Source: a virus | Strand: one strand, 5' to 3' | IMG/VR virus record: IMGVR_UViG_3300006217_000202 | Location: 1 to 37,518 of that record | Length of the DNA: 37,518 nucleotides | In this document: one piece after another, positions 26,368 through 34,873 of the stretch | Layout of the letters: each line of letters opens with the position of its first letter | Numbering within the stretch: position 1 is the first letter of the stretch | Translations under genes and position numbers: made by a program | The notes under the pieces: generated by a model | The model's input: only the letters and a program-made list of their open reading frames with translations | The model's database searches: none | Told to the model about the DNA's origin: nothing

Positions 26368-28580
26368 GCAAGCACATATACAAATCCGCTTTCCTCAGCA
26401 TAGGCGGCCACCGCTGGGACGTCCGCATCGAACACGACGTCAACGACGGCTCCGACGCCGAAACGGTCGAGGCCGAGGACTTCCTTTTCGATGTCGACGC
26501 AGCCTCCGTGGAGTGGAAGGACACAGCGAAGCACGAACCCCTGCAGCCCTCGGGCTGCTGCATAACGGCCATCAGCCCCGCCGACAGGACCTTCGCCGGA
26601 CTGTACACCACCGGCGACAGCACCGCCCTCCTGACACTGAGCCGCGACGGGCGGCCGTTCTGGCGCGGGCTGCTCGACCCCGAGTTCTACGAAGAGCCTT
26701 ACGAACGGCTCGACAACTACGAGGTAAGGCTCACGTTTTCAGACTTCGGCTCCCTCGGCCACGTGCCTTTCGACATTGCCCCGGGGCGCCTTGTGCCGTA
26801 CTCCGAACTCGTGGCGTCGGCTCTCGGCGCGGCCTGTCTTTCCGGCTCTGAACTCGCGGAGGACTTCGAGCTCAAGCGCACACAGAACGGCGCCAAGCTT
26901 GCCCTATCGAGCTTCTCGGTATGCTCCGACAACTTCTACGACGAGGAAGGCGAAGCCATGACCTGGCGCGAGGTTCTCGAAAGCATACTCCAGCCGCTCG
27001 GCCTGCGCATGGTACAGCATGACGGCAGTATTACCGTCTACGACGTCCACAGCCTCATGGCAAAGACGCCGCTGCGCATCGCGTGGAGCGCCGAATCGCA
27101 GACCCTCGCAACAGGCGCGGTATACAACGACCTCTCTGTGGCATACTCCCCATATGCCGGAGGCAGCGGCGACGCCGTGTGCGAGATGGAACTGGACCAC
27201 GACGACTTGGAGTTTGCAGGACCCGAGCATACAGCGCACTACAAATTCGGCAACCACGCCGACTCGCTTCCGGGCTTCGACCTCAGCTACGGCGAGCCAA
27301 AGCCCGAAATGGCCGACATATCCGACCGGCGGCTTGCCTGCGCATACAGAATCGACGCCGTGTACAGCGGCTCGGATGGAGCAGGTATCGCCGGGTGCAT
27401 AACGTCGAACGTCATAGACAGCACCACAGCATACAAAGTCCGCCTCTTCGGCAAGGTGTCCTGGGCGGGACACCGCGATTCCGCAGGCTTCTACGACAAC
27501 ATCGGGACGCTTTTCGCCGCACGCCCCGCGCGCATATGCACCACTGCCGATACCGACTGCCTGCTGCGTGTAAAATTGAAAATGCTCCTCGACAGCAGGT
27601 ACAACCCTTTCGAGAGTGCCGACAAGCCGAACGAGGAAGGAAACTACGAGCGGCAGCAGAAATACTGGAACATCGTCTATGTGCCCGTGCGCATATGGAT
27701 AGAAACCGACGGAGGCAGCAAGATGCGCTGGGTAAACGTCAACCTCGCCAACTCCGACAGCTTCGACGTCAAGGCTTCGAGCATGGCCAACGTGTGGCAG
27801 GCAGGTACGCCCGCGTGGGGTGAATGCTGGCTGGCTTTCTATGACTGGCAGGAGCGCAAGGACAAATCGCCCTGCCAGGGGTGGATGACAAACCGGCCTT
27901 GCTTCGGACGCGGCTATAAACAAGAGCTTCCCCAGATGTGGGAGAAACGCGGCGACGGCGAGTTCATATCGCTACCCAAAAACGTACACGGCACCCTGCA
28001 CATCGAAGTGGGAGCAGGCGTCGACACCGTTTTTTTAAAACGCTCAATCTTATGGGATGATACCGCTATGGACGGGGACAAAGCGTTAGGTTCTTCCGAC
28101 CTCGAATACAAAATGCCGCGCTGGCTGCTGTACGAAAGCCTTGCCGCCGATTTGGTGGACACTCACGGAAAAGACATCGACATTGACGACATCGTGTATT
28201 CGGCAACCCTCATTCCGTCCGCGCGCGAGGAACTCGAAATCGAAACAAAGTGCGGCTCGTCGGAAGGTACCACACCCACCGCCAAAGGAATAATATACCT
28301 CGACGGCGCGCCGCTCGGCAAATTATGGCGGGGCGACATAAACGGACTGCCCGAACAACTGCTCATAGCCTCTATGGCGTCGCAGTACGACAGCCGTCAC
28401 ACCGTGCTTTCCGGCGAGGCCGACGCGTCCTGCTCGAATCCCGTGGCGGCATATGCCGACGCGGCACAGCCCGAAGACACACGGTTCATTCTCTCCGCCG
28501 CCACGCTGAGCTGCCGCGAAGATGTCGCCGAAGCCTCGTACATCGAACTCTCACCTCAAAAATACACCCCTGCAGAATGA
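26364..28580 (+). CDS. Tail tip / distal tail (baseplate) protein
   Basis: 738-aa ORF; ATGA overlap with the tape measure stop. First gene of the high-GC block. Confidence 0.6.
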   Translation: MSKHIYKSAFLSIGGHRWDVRIEHDVNDGSDAETVEAEDFLFDVDAASVEWKDTAKHEPLQPSGCCITAISPADRTFAGLYTTGDSTALLTLSRDGRPFWRGLLDPEFYEEPYERLDNYEVRLTFSDFGSLGHVPFDIAPGRLVPYSELVASALGAACLSGSELAEDFELKRTQNGAKLALSSFSVCSDNFYDEEGEAMTWREVLESILQPLGLRMVQHDGSITVYDVHSLMAKTPLRIAWSAESQTLATGAVYNDLSVAYSPYAGGSGDAVCEMELDHDDLEFAGPEHTAHYKFGNHADSLPGFDLSYGEPKPEMADISDRRLACAYRIDAVYSGSDGAGIAGCITSNVIDSTTAYKVRLFGKVSWAGHRDSAGFYDNIGTLFAARPARICTTADTDCLLRVKLKMLLDSRYNPFESADKPNEEGNYERQQKYWNIVYVPVRIWIETDGGSKMRWVNVNLANSDSFDVKASSMANVWQAGTPAWGECWLAFYDWQERKDKSPCQGWMTNRPCFGRGYKQELPQMWEKRGDGEFISLPKNVHGTLHIEVGAGVDTVFLKRSILWDDTAMDGDKALGSSDLEYKMPRWLLYESLAADLVDTHGKDIDIDDIVYSATLIPSAREELEIETKCGSSEGTTPTAKGIIYLDGAPLGKLWRGDINGLPEQLLIASMASQYDSRHTVLSGEADASCSNPVAAYADAAQPEDTRFILSAATLSCREDVAEASYIELSPQKYTPAE

Positions 28581-30931
28581 AGAATATTAAAATATCACGA
28601 AGCTTTTACGCCGCCAAGCCACGCTCCAAACGCTTGGAGAACCGTGGCTCGGGCGCTCGTGTGAACAAGGCAGGGGGTGTCGACACATCGCTGCTCGACA
28701 GTGTGCGAGCCGACATCGCCCGCCTCCAGTCCTACTGGCAGTTCGACGAGGAAGGGCGCATCTACACGCCGTATGCGGCATATTCGCTGAAGGACGTCGC
28801 GGCGTTCGGGCCGTCGGAGGGCGGTGGAGGGCTGAGCGAGGAGGCGCTGGGGGCGTACCTTGTGCGCGAGGGCTACGCCACGCAGGTGTGGGTGCGGGAG
28901 TACGTGGCGGCCAACGCGACGGTTCCCGACCTCTCGGCCTACCTCGCCAAGACGGAGGCCGCAGCCCTCTACCAGCCCAGGGGCAGCTACGCGGCGGCAT
29001 CGCACACCCACGGCCAGTACCTCACCGCGCATCAGGACATATCGCACCTGCTGGCCAAGACCGAGGCCGCGGCGCTCTACCAGCCTAAGGGGAACTACGC
29101 GGCGGCTGCGCACTCGCACGACGCGTACATCTCGGCCATAGGCACTTCGGGCGACAAGCTCACGTACACCAAGGGTACCACCACAACGAGTCTTTACGTG
29201 CCGTTCGCTTCGCGGTCGGGGGAGGTCTGCGTGGCCGACGCCAAGGCGAGCGTCGACACCTCGCAGTCGTGGCAGGCATACCGCACCGACCTCAAGGCGC
29301 GATTCTTCGACGTGTACGACAACGGAGGCCCCGACAGCTACGGCTGCGTGCTGGAGATTGCGGGGCGAGCCGGACACTGGCAGCCTCAGCTGTGGTTCGG
29401 CGGCTGGGTGAACGGCGTCCTGCGACACCGCAACCGCGACTACAACAGCGGCACGTGGGGGCCGTGGCACACCCTGCTCGACACCGCCAACTACGCCGCC
29501 ACACTCGACACCCGCTACCTCACGGTCGGCACCGCCCAGGAGGTGGCCGGCGCGAAAACATTCCTTGCCAATGTCACGGCGAGGCACCCTGCCACCACCG
29601 GCGGCTCGGCAAGGGGCTTTGTGGTGTCGAACCTTGCAGGAACCGAGAAGGTGATTTTCGGCTCATTATGCAGTGCCGACGTGCAGGAGTATGCCTATGT
29701 CGGCTGGGGCGACAACGGGTGGCAGCAGGGCAATAACCTTGCCGTCTGCTCGAGTTTCCTGCGTTACAAGGGCCACGACATTCTGCACGCCGCCAACTAC
29801 GCCTCGATGCTCGACGGGCGCTACGTCAACGCGGCGGGTGACAAGATGGACGGCGACCTCGCCGTGAGGAAGATGCACCTCCAGGGCGGCAACGAGTTCA
29901 ACTGCGACGACAAGCTGTGGATAGCCTACCGCTCCACGCCGCAGGGCGTCAACGTGTGCCACGCCGACCAGCCCTTCACCTACGGCTCGGCAGGCCACGA
30001 GGTGCTGCACCGGGGCAACTACTCCAACCTCGTCAACGCCCTCAACCAGCCCCTGACCATACGCTGCGGCAACGACGCCAAGCTCATATTCGACAACACC
30101 GACGGCGAGCGCTACACCGTGCTGAGCTTCCGCGAGGCGGGCGCCGAGTACGCCAACATCATAGCCAACTCCGAGGCCTTCGTCTTCTCCGGCAAGCCCG
30201 TCACAATCGGCAGCTCGCTAACCACCCCCTACATAAACGGAGTCCTTGACATGAAGATGGAGCGCAACCTCTTCTTTAAACATTCGAGCAGCACCACGGG
30301 CATATACTTCTCCGCGCAGTCCGACGGCTCCCTGAGCATACGCGCCCACTCCGGCTACTCGTATGCGAAGACAATCGGCACCATATCCTACGGCGGGAAT
30401 TTCGGCATAGGTACCACGTCGCCGCAATGGCCGATCGACGTCCACGGCGGTGTCCGCTGCGACGACTGGTTCCGCACCACGGGCAACGGGGGCTGGTACT
30501 CGCAGACACACGGCGGCGGCATGTACATGCGCAACTCCACGTGGGTAGAGGCGTACAACAAGCCCGTGAAGATAGCCCACCGCACGGCCATAGGTTGCAG
30601 CGGCTTCGGCGTCGGATTGCAGCTGCGCGACGACAACCACACCGCCGTCGAGGTCTGCGGAGGCAACACCACCATGGGCATGGGCTGCCACAAGGACGGG
30701 CGATGGTACTGGTGGCGAGGCACCACCGACCCCGCCGCCACCTCCGACAAGAAATACGTGATGAACTTCGACGGCACGGTGTTCAACTTCGGCGACCGCG
30801 ACATAGCCGTCCGCCGCGTCTACCTCGACAGCGCCTGCACAGTCTGGTTCCAGTACAACGCCGCCAAGGGCGTCATCGAGGCCTCCCACACCATAGTGTC
30901 CCGCAAGGACGTCGCCGCCTTCAGCGCCTAA
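28577..30931 (+). CDS. Tail fibre protein
   Basis: Start MKNIKISRSF overlaps the previous stop (ATGA). Tandem LAKTEAAALYQP(R/K)G.YAAA.H.H fibre repeats. 785 aa. Confidence 0.7.
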   Translation: MKNIKISRSFYAAKPRSKRLENRGSGARVNKAGGVDTSLLDSVRADIARLQSYWQFDEEGRIYTPYAAYSLKDVAAFGPSEGGGGLSEEALGAYLVREGYATQVWVREYVAANATVPDLSAYLAKTEAAALYQPRGSYAAASHTHGQYLTAHQDISHLLAKTEAAALYQPKGNYAAAAHSHDAYISAIGTSGDKLTYTKGTTTTSLYVPFASRSGEVCVADAKASVDTSQSWQAYRTDLKARFFDVYDNGGPDSYGCVLEIAGRAGHWQPQLWFGGWVNGVLRHRNRDYNSGTWGPWHTLLDTANYAATLDTRYLTVGTAQEVAGAKTFLANVTARHPATTGGSARGFVVSNLAGTEKVIFGSLCSADVQEYAYVGWGDNGWQQGNNLAVCSSFLRYKGHDILHAANYASMLDGRYVNAAGDKMDGDLAVRKMHLQGGNEFNCDDKLWIAYRSTPQGVNVCHADQPFTYGSAGHEVLHRGNYSNLVNALNQPLTIRCGNDAKLIFDNTDGERYTVLSFREAGAEYANIIANSEAFVFSGKPVTIGSSLTTPYINGVLDMKMERNLFFKHSSSTTGIYFSAQSDGSLSIRAHSGYSYAKTIGTISYGGNFGIGTTSPQWPIDVHGGVRCDDWFRTTGNGGWYSQTHGGGMYMRNSTWVEAYNKPVKIAHRTAIGCSGFGVGLQLRDDNHTAVEVCGGNTTMGMGCHKDGRWYWWRGTTDPAATSDKKYVMNFDGTVFNFGDRDIAVRRVYLDSACTVWFQYNAAKGVIEASHTIVSRKDVAAFSA
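28943..29158 (+). repeat. Tandem 108-nt (36-aa) repeat inside the tail fibre gene
   Basis: LAKTEAAALYQPRGSYAAASHTHGQY... followed by LAKTEAAALYQPKGNYAAAAHSHDAY... Confidence 0.8.
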
Positions 30932-30982
30932 CCCCTCATTCCCAATTCCACATTTCTCATTCCTAATTCCTAATTCAAAGAA

Positions 30983-32350
30983 ATGAGCCACACATCGACA
31001 ACCATAAGCCGCCCCGTCGCCGTGAGCGACGTGCAGGCGGTCCTCGGCACCGCCGAAACGCGCATCTCCGCGCTCTGCCGACACCCCGCCATAAACCGCT
31101 TCGCGCGCTGCAAGCCATACAACTTCGGCGGCATACTCCGCGACGGCATCACCGAGTCGACACGCCGCGCGGGCAACTTCGGCATGGCGCCCGCCCTGCT
31201 GGGCATAGGCTACATCGAGCAGACCTGCCTCACCCCGCCGTGGGGGCAGTGGACGCCGCCCGAAGGCACATATCCCTCGCGGCCTTGCCGCCTCGGCGAC
31301 TTCGACGGCTACAACCGCCTCGCCGAAAAATACATAACAGGCTTCGAGCTTCGCTCCTCGGCAGGCCAGCAGTACACCCTGCCAATTTACCGCAACCCGC
31401 AATACCCGCAGGCCGAGGCGGGACTCACCGCGAGGATATTCACCGACAACACGGCAGACCTCAGGCTGTCGGACTTCGCCGTCAACGGCGTGAGCCTCGG
31501 CGACATGTACCTCACCATCGGCGTGGCCGACGTGGACCTCACCCGCGTGCACGTGGCGCAGGCCCCCGTGCCGGTGGGCGACGACTCCGTGGACGGACTG
31601 AATGTGGAGATTGTCACCACGAAAATTGACGAACTCGCCGCCTTCAGTCCCGGCAACAAGGTGTTCGCCGGGCTGTTCCCCCGCAGGCTCGACATCGACG
31701 AGCAGTACCGCTGCGCTGACTTCGGCTCAGCCGACCTCTCGACACTGTACTCCCTCGACATGTGGGCCGACGGCTTCCGGCAGGTGGCGTACAACCGGCA
31801 GGCTCCCGTCAAGTTCGGCACAGGGGGCGCGGGCGGCACAGCGCCGGAGAAAGAAACCGTGGTGGTGCGCGCCACAGCCTCACGGAAGCAGTTCGACATC
31901 GCCGAGCACTCGTATTCGGAATACGAGTCGAGCCTGAGCCTGAGGCCGCAGGTCAACCTCGGCTCCGACCACATCGCTTGGGACCCGTCCTCCTCCGACA
32001 AGCTGCGCATGCTCTTCGGCGCGGGCTGGTACCTGAAATTCAACGCCCGCCTCGAGCTGTTCGAGAACGGCATGACGGCATACGACGGCACCGTCGACGT
32101 CCTGCCCCGCGACTACGGCGGCACGTCGGGCGCCTCCTTCGACCTCGTTCAGTGGGCATACGGCAGCCCCGTCTACTTCGAGTTCAACGAGCCTGTCCGC
32201 TTCGACGGCGTGTACATTGGTTCGGGCGTGCGGTACTCCGGGCGTCTGACCCTCACCCTTGACGCCTACTGCTCCACCAAGATACCGCTCATACGCGACG
32301 CCTCCACCGGGGAGGACATCAGGCTCGTGTGCGAGTTCGAGATAAATTAA
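30983..32350 (+). CDS. Hypothetical tail-associated protein
   Basis: 455-aa ORF in the high-GC block after the fibre gene. No motif recognised. Confidence 0.6.
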   Translation: MSHTSTTISRPVAVSDVQAVLGTAETRISALCRHPAINRFARCKPYNFGGILRDGITESTRRAGNFGMAPALLGIGYIEQTCLTPPWGQWTPPEGTYPSRPCRLGDFDGYNRLAEKYITGFELRSSAGQQYTLPIYRNPQYPQAEAGLTARIFTDNTADLRLSDFAVNGVSLGDMYLTIGVADVDLTRVHVAQAPVPVGDDSVDGLNVEIVTTKIDELAAFSPGNKVFAGLFPRRLDIDEQYRCADFGSADLSTLYSLDMWADGFRQVAYNRQAPVKFGTGGAGGTAPEKETVVVRATASRKQFDIAEHSYSEYESSLSLRPQVNLGSDHIAWDPSSSDKLRMLFGAGWYLKFNARLELFENGMTAYDGTVDVLPRDYGGTSGASFDLVQWAYGSPVYFEFNEPVRFDGVYIGSGVRYSGRLTLTLDAYCSTKIPLIRDASTGEDIRLVCEFEIN

Positions 32351-32383
32351 ACAGCAACAACAAACCAAATAAAAACAAAAGCA

Positions 32384-32698
32384 ATGGAAACAACGAAAGC
32401 AACCATCACACAGACAATCTCGCGCAGGGTGCGCGTAGACAACTCCACCGACGAGTCGCGTAGGTACGACATCTCGGCAGAGGCCACAATCAGCGCAGGC
32501 TCGCTGGAAAACATCTCCGCAGGATACGTGCGCGCAATCGGCGGTGAGGCTCCCGAAGACCGCCCGGCAGAACTCGCCGACTTCCGCGCTTACCCATATC
32601 TGAGCGTGGACTTCCACACCCACACCGACCGCGCCGCAATCCTTCAGGCCATCGAGGAATTCAAGCAGGCCGTCGCAGCCATCGCCGCCGAACCCTGA
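32384..32698 (+). CDS. Hypothetical protein
   Basis: 104-aa ORF with an A/C-rich leader. Confidence 0.55.
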   Translation: METTKATITQTISRRVRVDNSTDESRRYDISAEATISAGSLENISAGYVRAIGGEAPEDRPAELADFRAYPYLSVDFHTHTDRAAILQAIEEFKQAVAAIAAEP

Positions 32699-32741
32699 CC
32701 ACCAGACCACCTAATCACCTAATCACTTAATCACCTAAAAA

Positions 32742-33116
32742 ATGACCTACAACGACACATACTTCCGAATGTTCCTCCTCTCGGAGGCACGCCGCCTCGC
32801 CCTCCGCGGCAAGGCGCTCGCCGAAATCCTCGCAGCCCGCGCCGCGTACATACCCGCAATCGACGAGTTCGAGAAAAAGCGGCAGTCCATCACCGCCGAC
32901 ACCGAGGCCGACCAGGACGCCCGCGACAAAGCCGTCGCCGACGCCGCTGCCGAGCAAAGCCCCGCGCCCGACCGGCGCATCTCCCTCGAGGCGTTCGAGC
33001 AGATAGCCGACGCCGCACTCGCCGCAGGCACGCCCATACCCCTCCCCTCCGGCGAGACCCTCCCGCCCGACATCTGGCTCGAAACCCTCTTCGCAAACCT
33101 CGTCGCACACCAGTAA
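32742..33116 (+). CDS. Hypothetical protein
   Basis: 124-aa ORF preceded by four tandem CACCTAAT octamers. Confidence 0.55.
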   Translation: MTYNDTYFRMFLLSEARRLALRGKALAEILAARAAYIPAIDEFEKKRQSITADTEADQDARDKAVADAAAEQSPAPDRRISLEAFEQIADAALAAGTPIPLPSGETLPPDIWLETLFANLVAHQ

Positions 33117-33124
33117 CCCTCCCC

Positions 33125-33475
33125 GTGGACACAACCGACATACTCGCCATAACAGGCGCCGTCGGAGGCGTGCAGGGACTCCTGCAACTGCTGCAGTGGT
33201 GGTTTTCCCGCAAAGCCACCCTGCGGCAGGGCAACGCCGCCGCGCAGGCCGCCGAAAACGAAAACAACCGGAAGCAGGTCGAATGGCTCGAAAAACGCAT
33301 CGCCGAGCGCGACACCAAAATCGACGGCCTCTACGCCGAGCTGCGGCAGGAACAGGCCGCCCGCCTCGAGGAAATACACCGGCGCCACGAGGTAGAGCTC
33401 AGGCTCGCCGAGGCCGAAGTGCGCAAATGCCTCAAAAGGCGCTGCTCCGACCGCGAGCCGCCCAGCGACTACTAA
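33125..33475 (+). CDS. Membrane-anchored coiled-coil protein (holin or i-spanin-like candidate)
   Basis: GTG start, one N-terminal hydrophobic segment ILAITGAVGGVQGLLQLLQWWF, then a charged coiled coil. Directly upstream of the endolysin. Confidence 0.45.
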   Translation: MDTTDILAITGAVGGVQGLLQLLQWWFSRKATLRQGNAAAQAAENENNRKQVEWLEKRIAERDTKIDGLYAELRQEQAARLEEIHRRHEVELRLAEAEVRKCLKRRCSDREPPSDY

Positions 33476-33496
33476 ACCAATAAACCAAATAACATT

Positions 33497-34072
33497 ATGG
33501 CAAATGTAGAAAAATTAGTGCCTTTTATTATCCAGTTTGAAGCCGGTATAAATCCAGCAGGACTGACTGGTGAAAAACTATTTGAGAAAGCCCGAAAAAC
33601 CGGCTACGCCAACGATCCCGACGATTTGGGCGGTGCCACAATGGTAGGCGTTACGATAGCGACCTACAAAGAATACTGCCGCAAAAAAGGCTACCCGGTG
33701 CCGACTATAGAGCGACTGCGTAACATGACATACGCCCAGTGGCTCGACATTCTTAAAACTATGTTTTGGGATAGGTGGCAAGCCGACAAAATCGCTAACC
33801 AGTCTATCGCCGAAATATTGGTAGATTGGGTTTGGGCTTCCGGTAAATATGGTATCACCATACCCCAGCAGGTGTTAGGTGTGACGGTGGACGGCATAGT
33901 AGGGCCTAAGACACTGGCCGCGCTTAACAAGCAGAACCCGGCGCAATTCTTTAGCCGGATCGTGGCAGAGCGCAAAGCCTACATAGACCGTATTTGCGCC
34001 AGCCGCCCGATTAACAACAAGTATAAACGCGGTTGGTTAAACCGCCTTAACGCTATCAAGTTCCAGCCATGA
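33497..34072 (+). CDS. Endolysin, GH108 N-acetylmuramidase with C-terminal peptidoglycan-binding (PG_binding_3-like) domain
   Basis: FIIQFEAG...DPDDLGGATMVGVT at the N-terminus and VDGIVGPKTLAAL in the C-terminal domain. Confidence 0.8.
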   Translation: MANVEKLVPFIIQFEAGINPAGLTGEKLFEKARKTGYANDPDDLGGATMVGVTIATYKEYCRKKGYPVPTIERLRNMTYAQWLDILKTMFWDRWQADKIANQSIAEILVDWVWASGKYGITIPQQVLGVTVDGIVGPKTLAALNKQNPAQFFSRIVAERKAYIDRICASRPINNKYKRGWLNRLNAIKFQP

Positions 34073-34593
34073 GAAAACTAACCCTATTTGCCGCTGGAGT
34101 AATCGCGGCGTGTCTGTTTTCATGCAGGACACACAAGACGGTAACGGCTACCGACCAAAGTAGCACTATATCCTTTGTCGATACTACCAAGCTGGTAAGC
34201 GACATAGCGACCCATAAGGTTAACACCATCGACACAACCAAGACGGCCGCCACCTATGAGGGCGGCGGCATGATCGAGTTTGTAGAGGGCGGCGGCAAAG
34301 TCAATATAGACCCATCCGGAAACGTGACACTGGAGGGCGTTAAAAATATCAAAGGCCAGCACAAAGGAAGCACGGCGCAGGAAAAAGGCGTAACCCAGCA
34401 AGTCGAGGACACCGCCGGACACCGGGAGCAAGCCACCGGAGTAGAAGCGAAGCAGGAAAACCAGCAGAAGCGCACCGAGGAAAAGACCCCGGCGCAAAAA
34501 TGGTACGAAACCGCATTAGCCCGGTTAGGGCTGGGGGTATGTATCGCCGTGCTTTTATGGGTGCTTTTCCTATACCTACGCCGGAAACGCTAA
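34069..34593 (+). CDS. Lipoprotein with C-terminal transmembrane helix (unimolecular spanin-like)
   Basis: Signal/lipobox MRKLTLFAAGVIAACLFSC, C-terminal LGLGVCIAVLLWVLFLYLRRKR, and an ATGA overlap with the endolysin stop. Confidence 0.55.
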   Translation: MRKLTLFAAGVIAACLFSCRTHKTVTATDQSSTISFVDTTKLVSDIATHKVNTIDTTKTAATYEGGGMIEFVEGGGKVNIDPSGNVTLEGVKNIKGQHKGSTAQEKGVTQQVEDTAGHREQATGVEAKQENQQKRTEEKTPAQKWYETALARLGLGVCIAVLLWVLFLYLRRKR

Positions 34594-34621
34594 GGATTAT
34601 TTGCGTATAGTGTTTTGAAAT

Positions 34622-34642
34622 GTGCTTTGTCTGTGCTTTGTG
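34622..34642 (+). repeat. 21-bp direct repeat, copy 1 (two GTGCTTTGT 9-mers); candidate integrase arm-type site
   Basis: gtgctttgtctgtgctttgtg is identical to 34829-34849. Confidence 0.85.
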
Positions 34643-34828
34643 AAAAAGAAAAACCCCTTAAAACTCAATGAGTTAAAAGGGATTTAAGGTGCCCAGAACA
34701 GGCACACAACCGAGTTAACAAGTGGAAAATAAGTGAAAGTAAATCTAAGTAAAAGCGTGATTATTAGAGTTTTCATCGTTTTTAATCTATGGTTTATTTT
34801 CATTTGTTTTCGTTTATTATCTCAAAAA

Positions 34829-34849
34829 GTGCTTTGTCTGTGCTTTGTG
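34829..34849 (+). repeat. 21-bp direct repeat, copy 2; overlaps the -33 box of the int promoter
   Basis: Identical to 34622-34642. Confidence 0.85.
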
Positions 34850-34873
34850 TATGGGATTTATTTTGTATCTTTG
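34844..34873 (+). promoter_or_regulatory. Bacteroidota-type promoter for the integrase (-33 TTTG, -7 TATCTTTG)
   Basis: TTTG at 34844-34847, an 18-nt spacer, TAnnTTTG at 34866-34873, and ATG 34 nt further on. Confidence 0.55.

Noticed and set aside
28250-28576. Upstream extension of the tail-fibre ORF; the ORF track starts it at 28250.
   Set aside because: The extension overlaps the end of the preceding 738-aa gene and is Arg-rich. MKNIKISRSF at 28577 forms an ATGA overlap with the previous stop.
28943-29158. Possible diversity-generating retroelement (template/variable repeat pair) in the fibre gene.
   Set aside because: The two copies are adjacent in-frame protein repeats, their differences are not adenine-specific, and no reverse transcriptase gene is present anywhere in the genome.
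26904-32710. Long minus-strand and alternative-frame ORFs in the high-GC block: 26904-27923 (339 aa), 28595-29587 (330 aa), 30218-31552 (444 aa), 31880-32710 (276 aa), 27083-27823 (+ strand), 31387-32091 (- strand), and others.
   Set aside because: They are Arg/Ala/Gly/Val-rich, low-complexity translations lying antisense to or out of frame with much longer natural-looking + strand genes. Stop-poor shadow frames are expected at high GC3.
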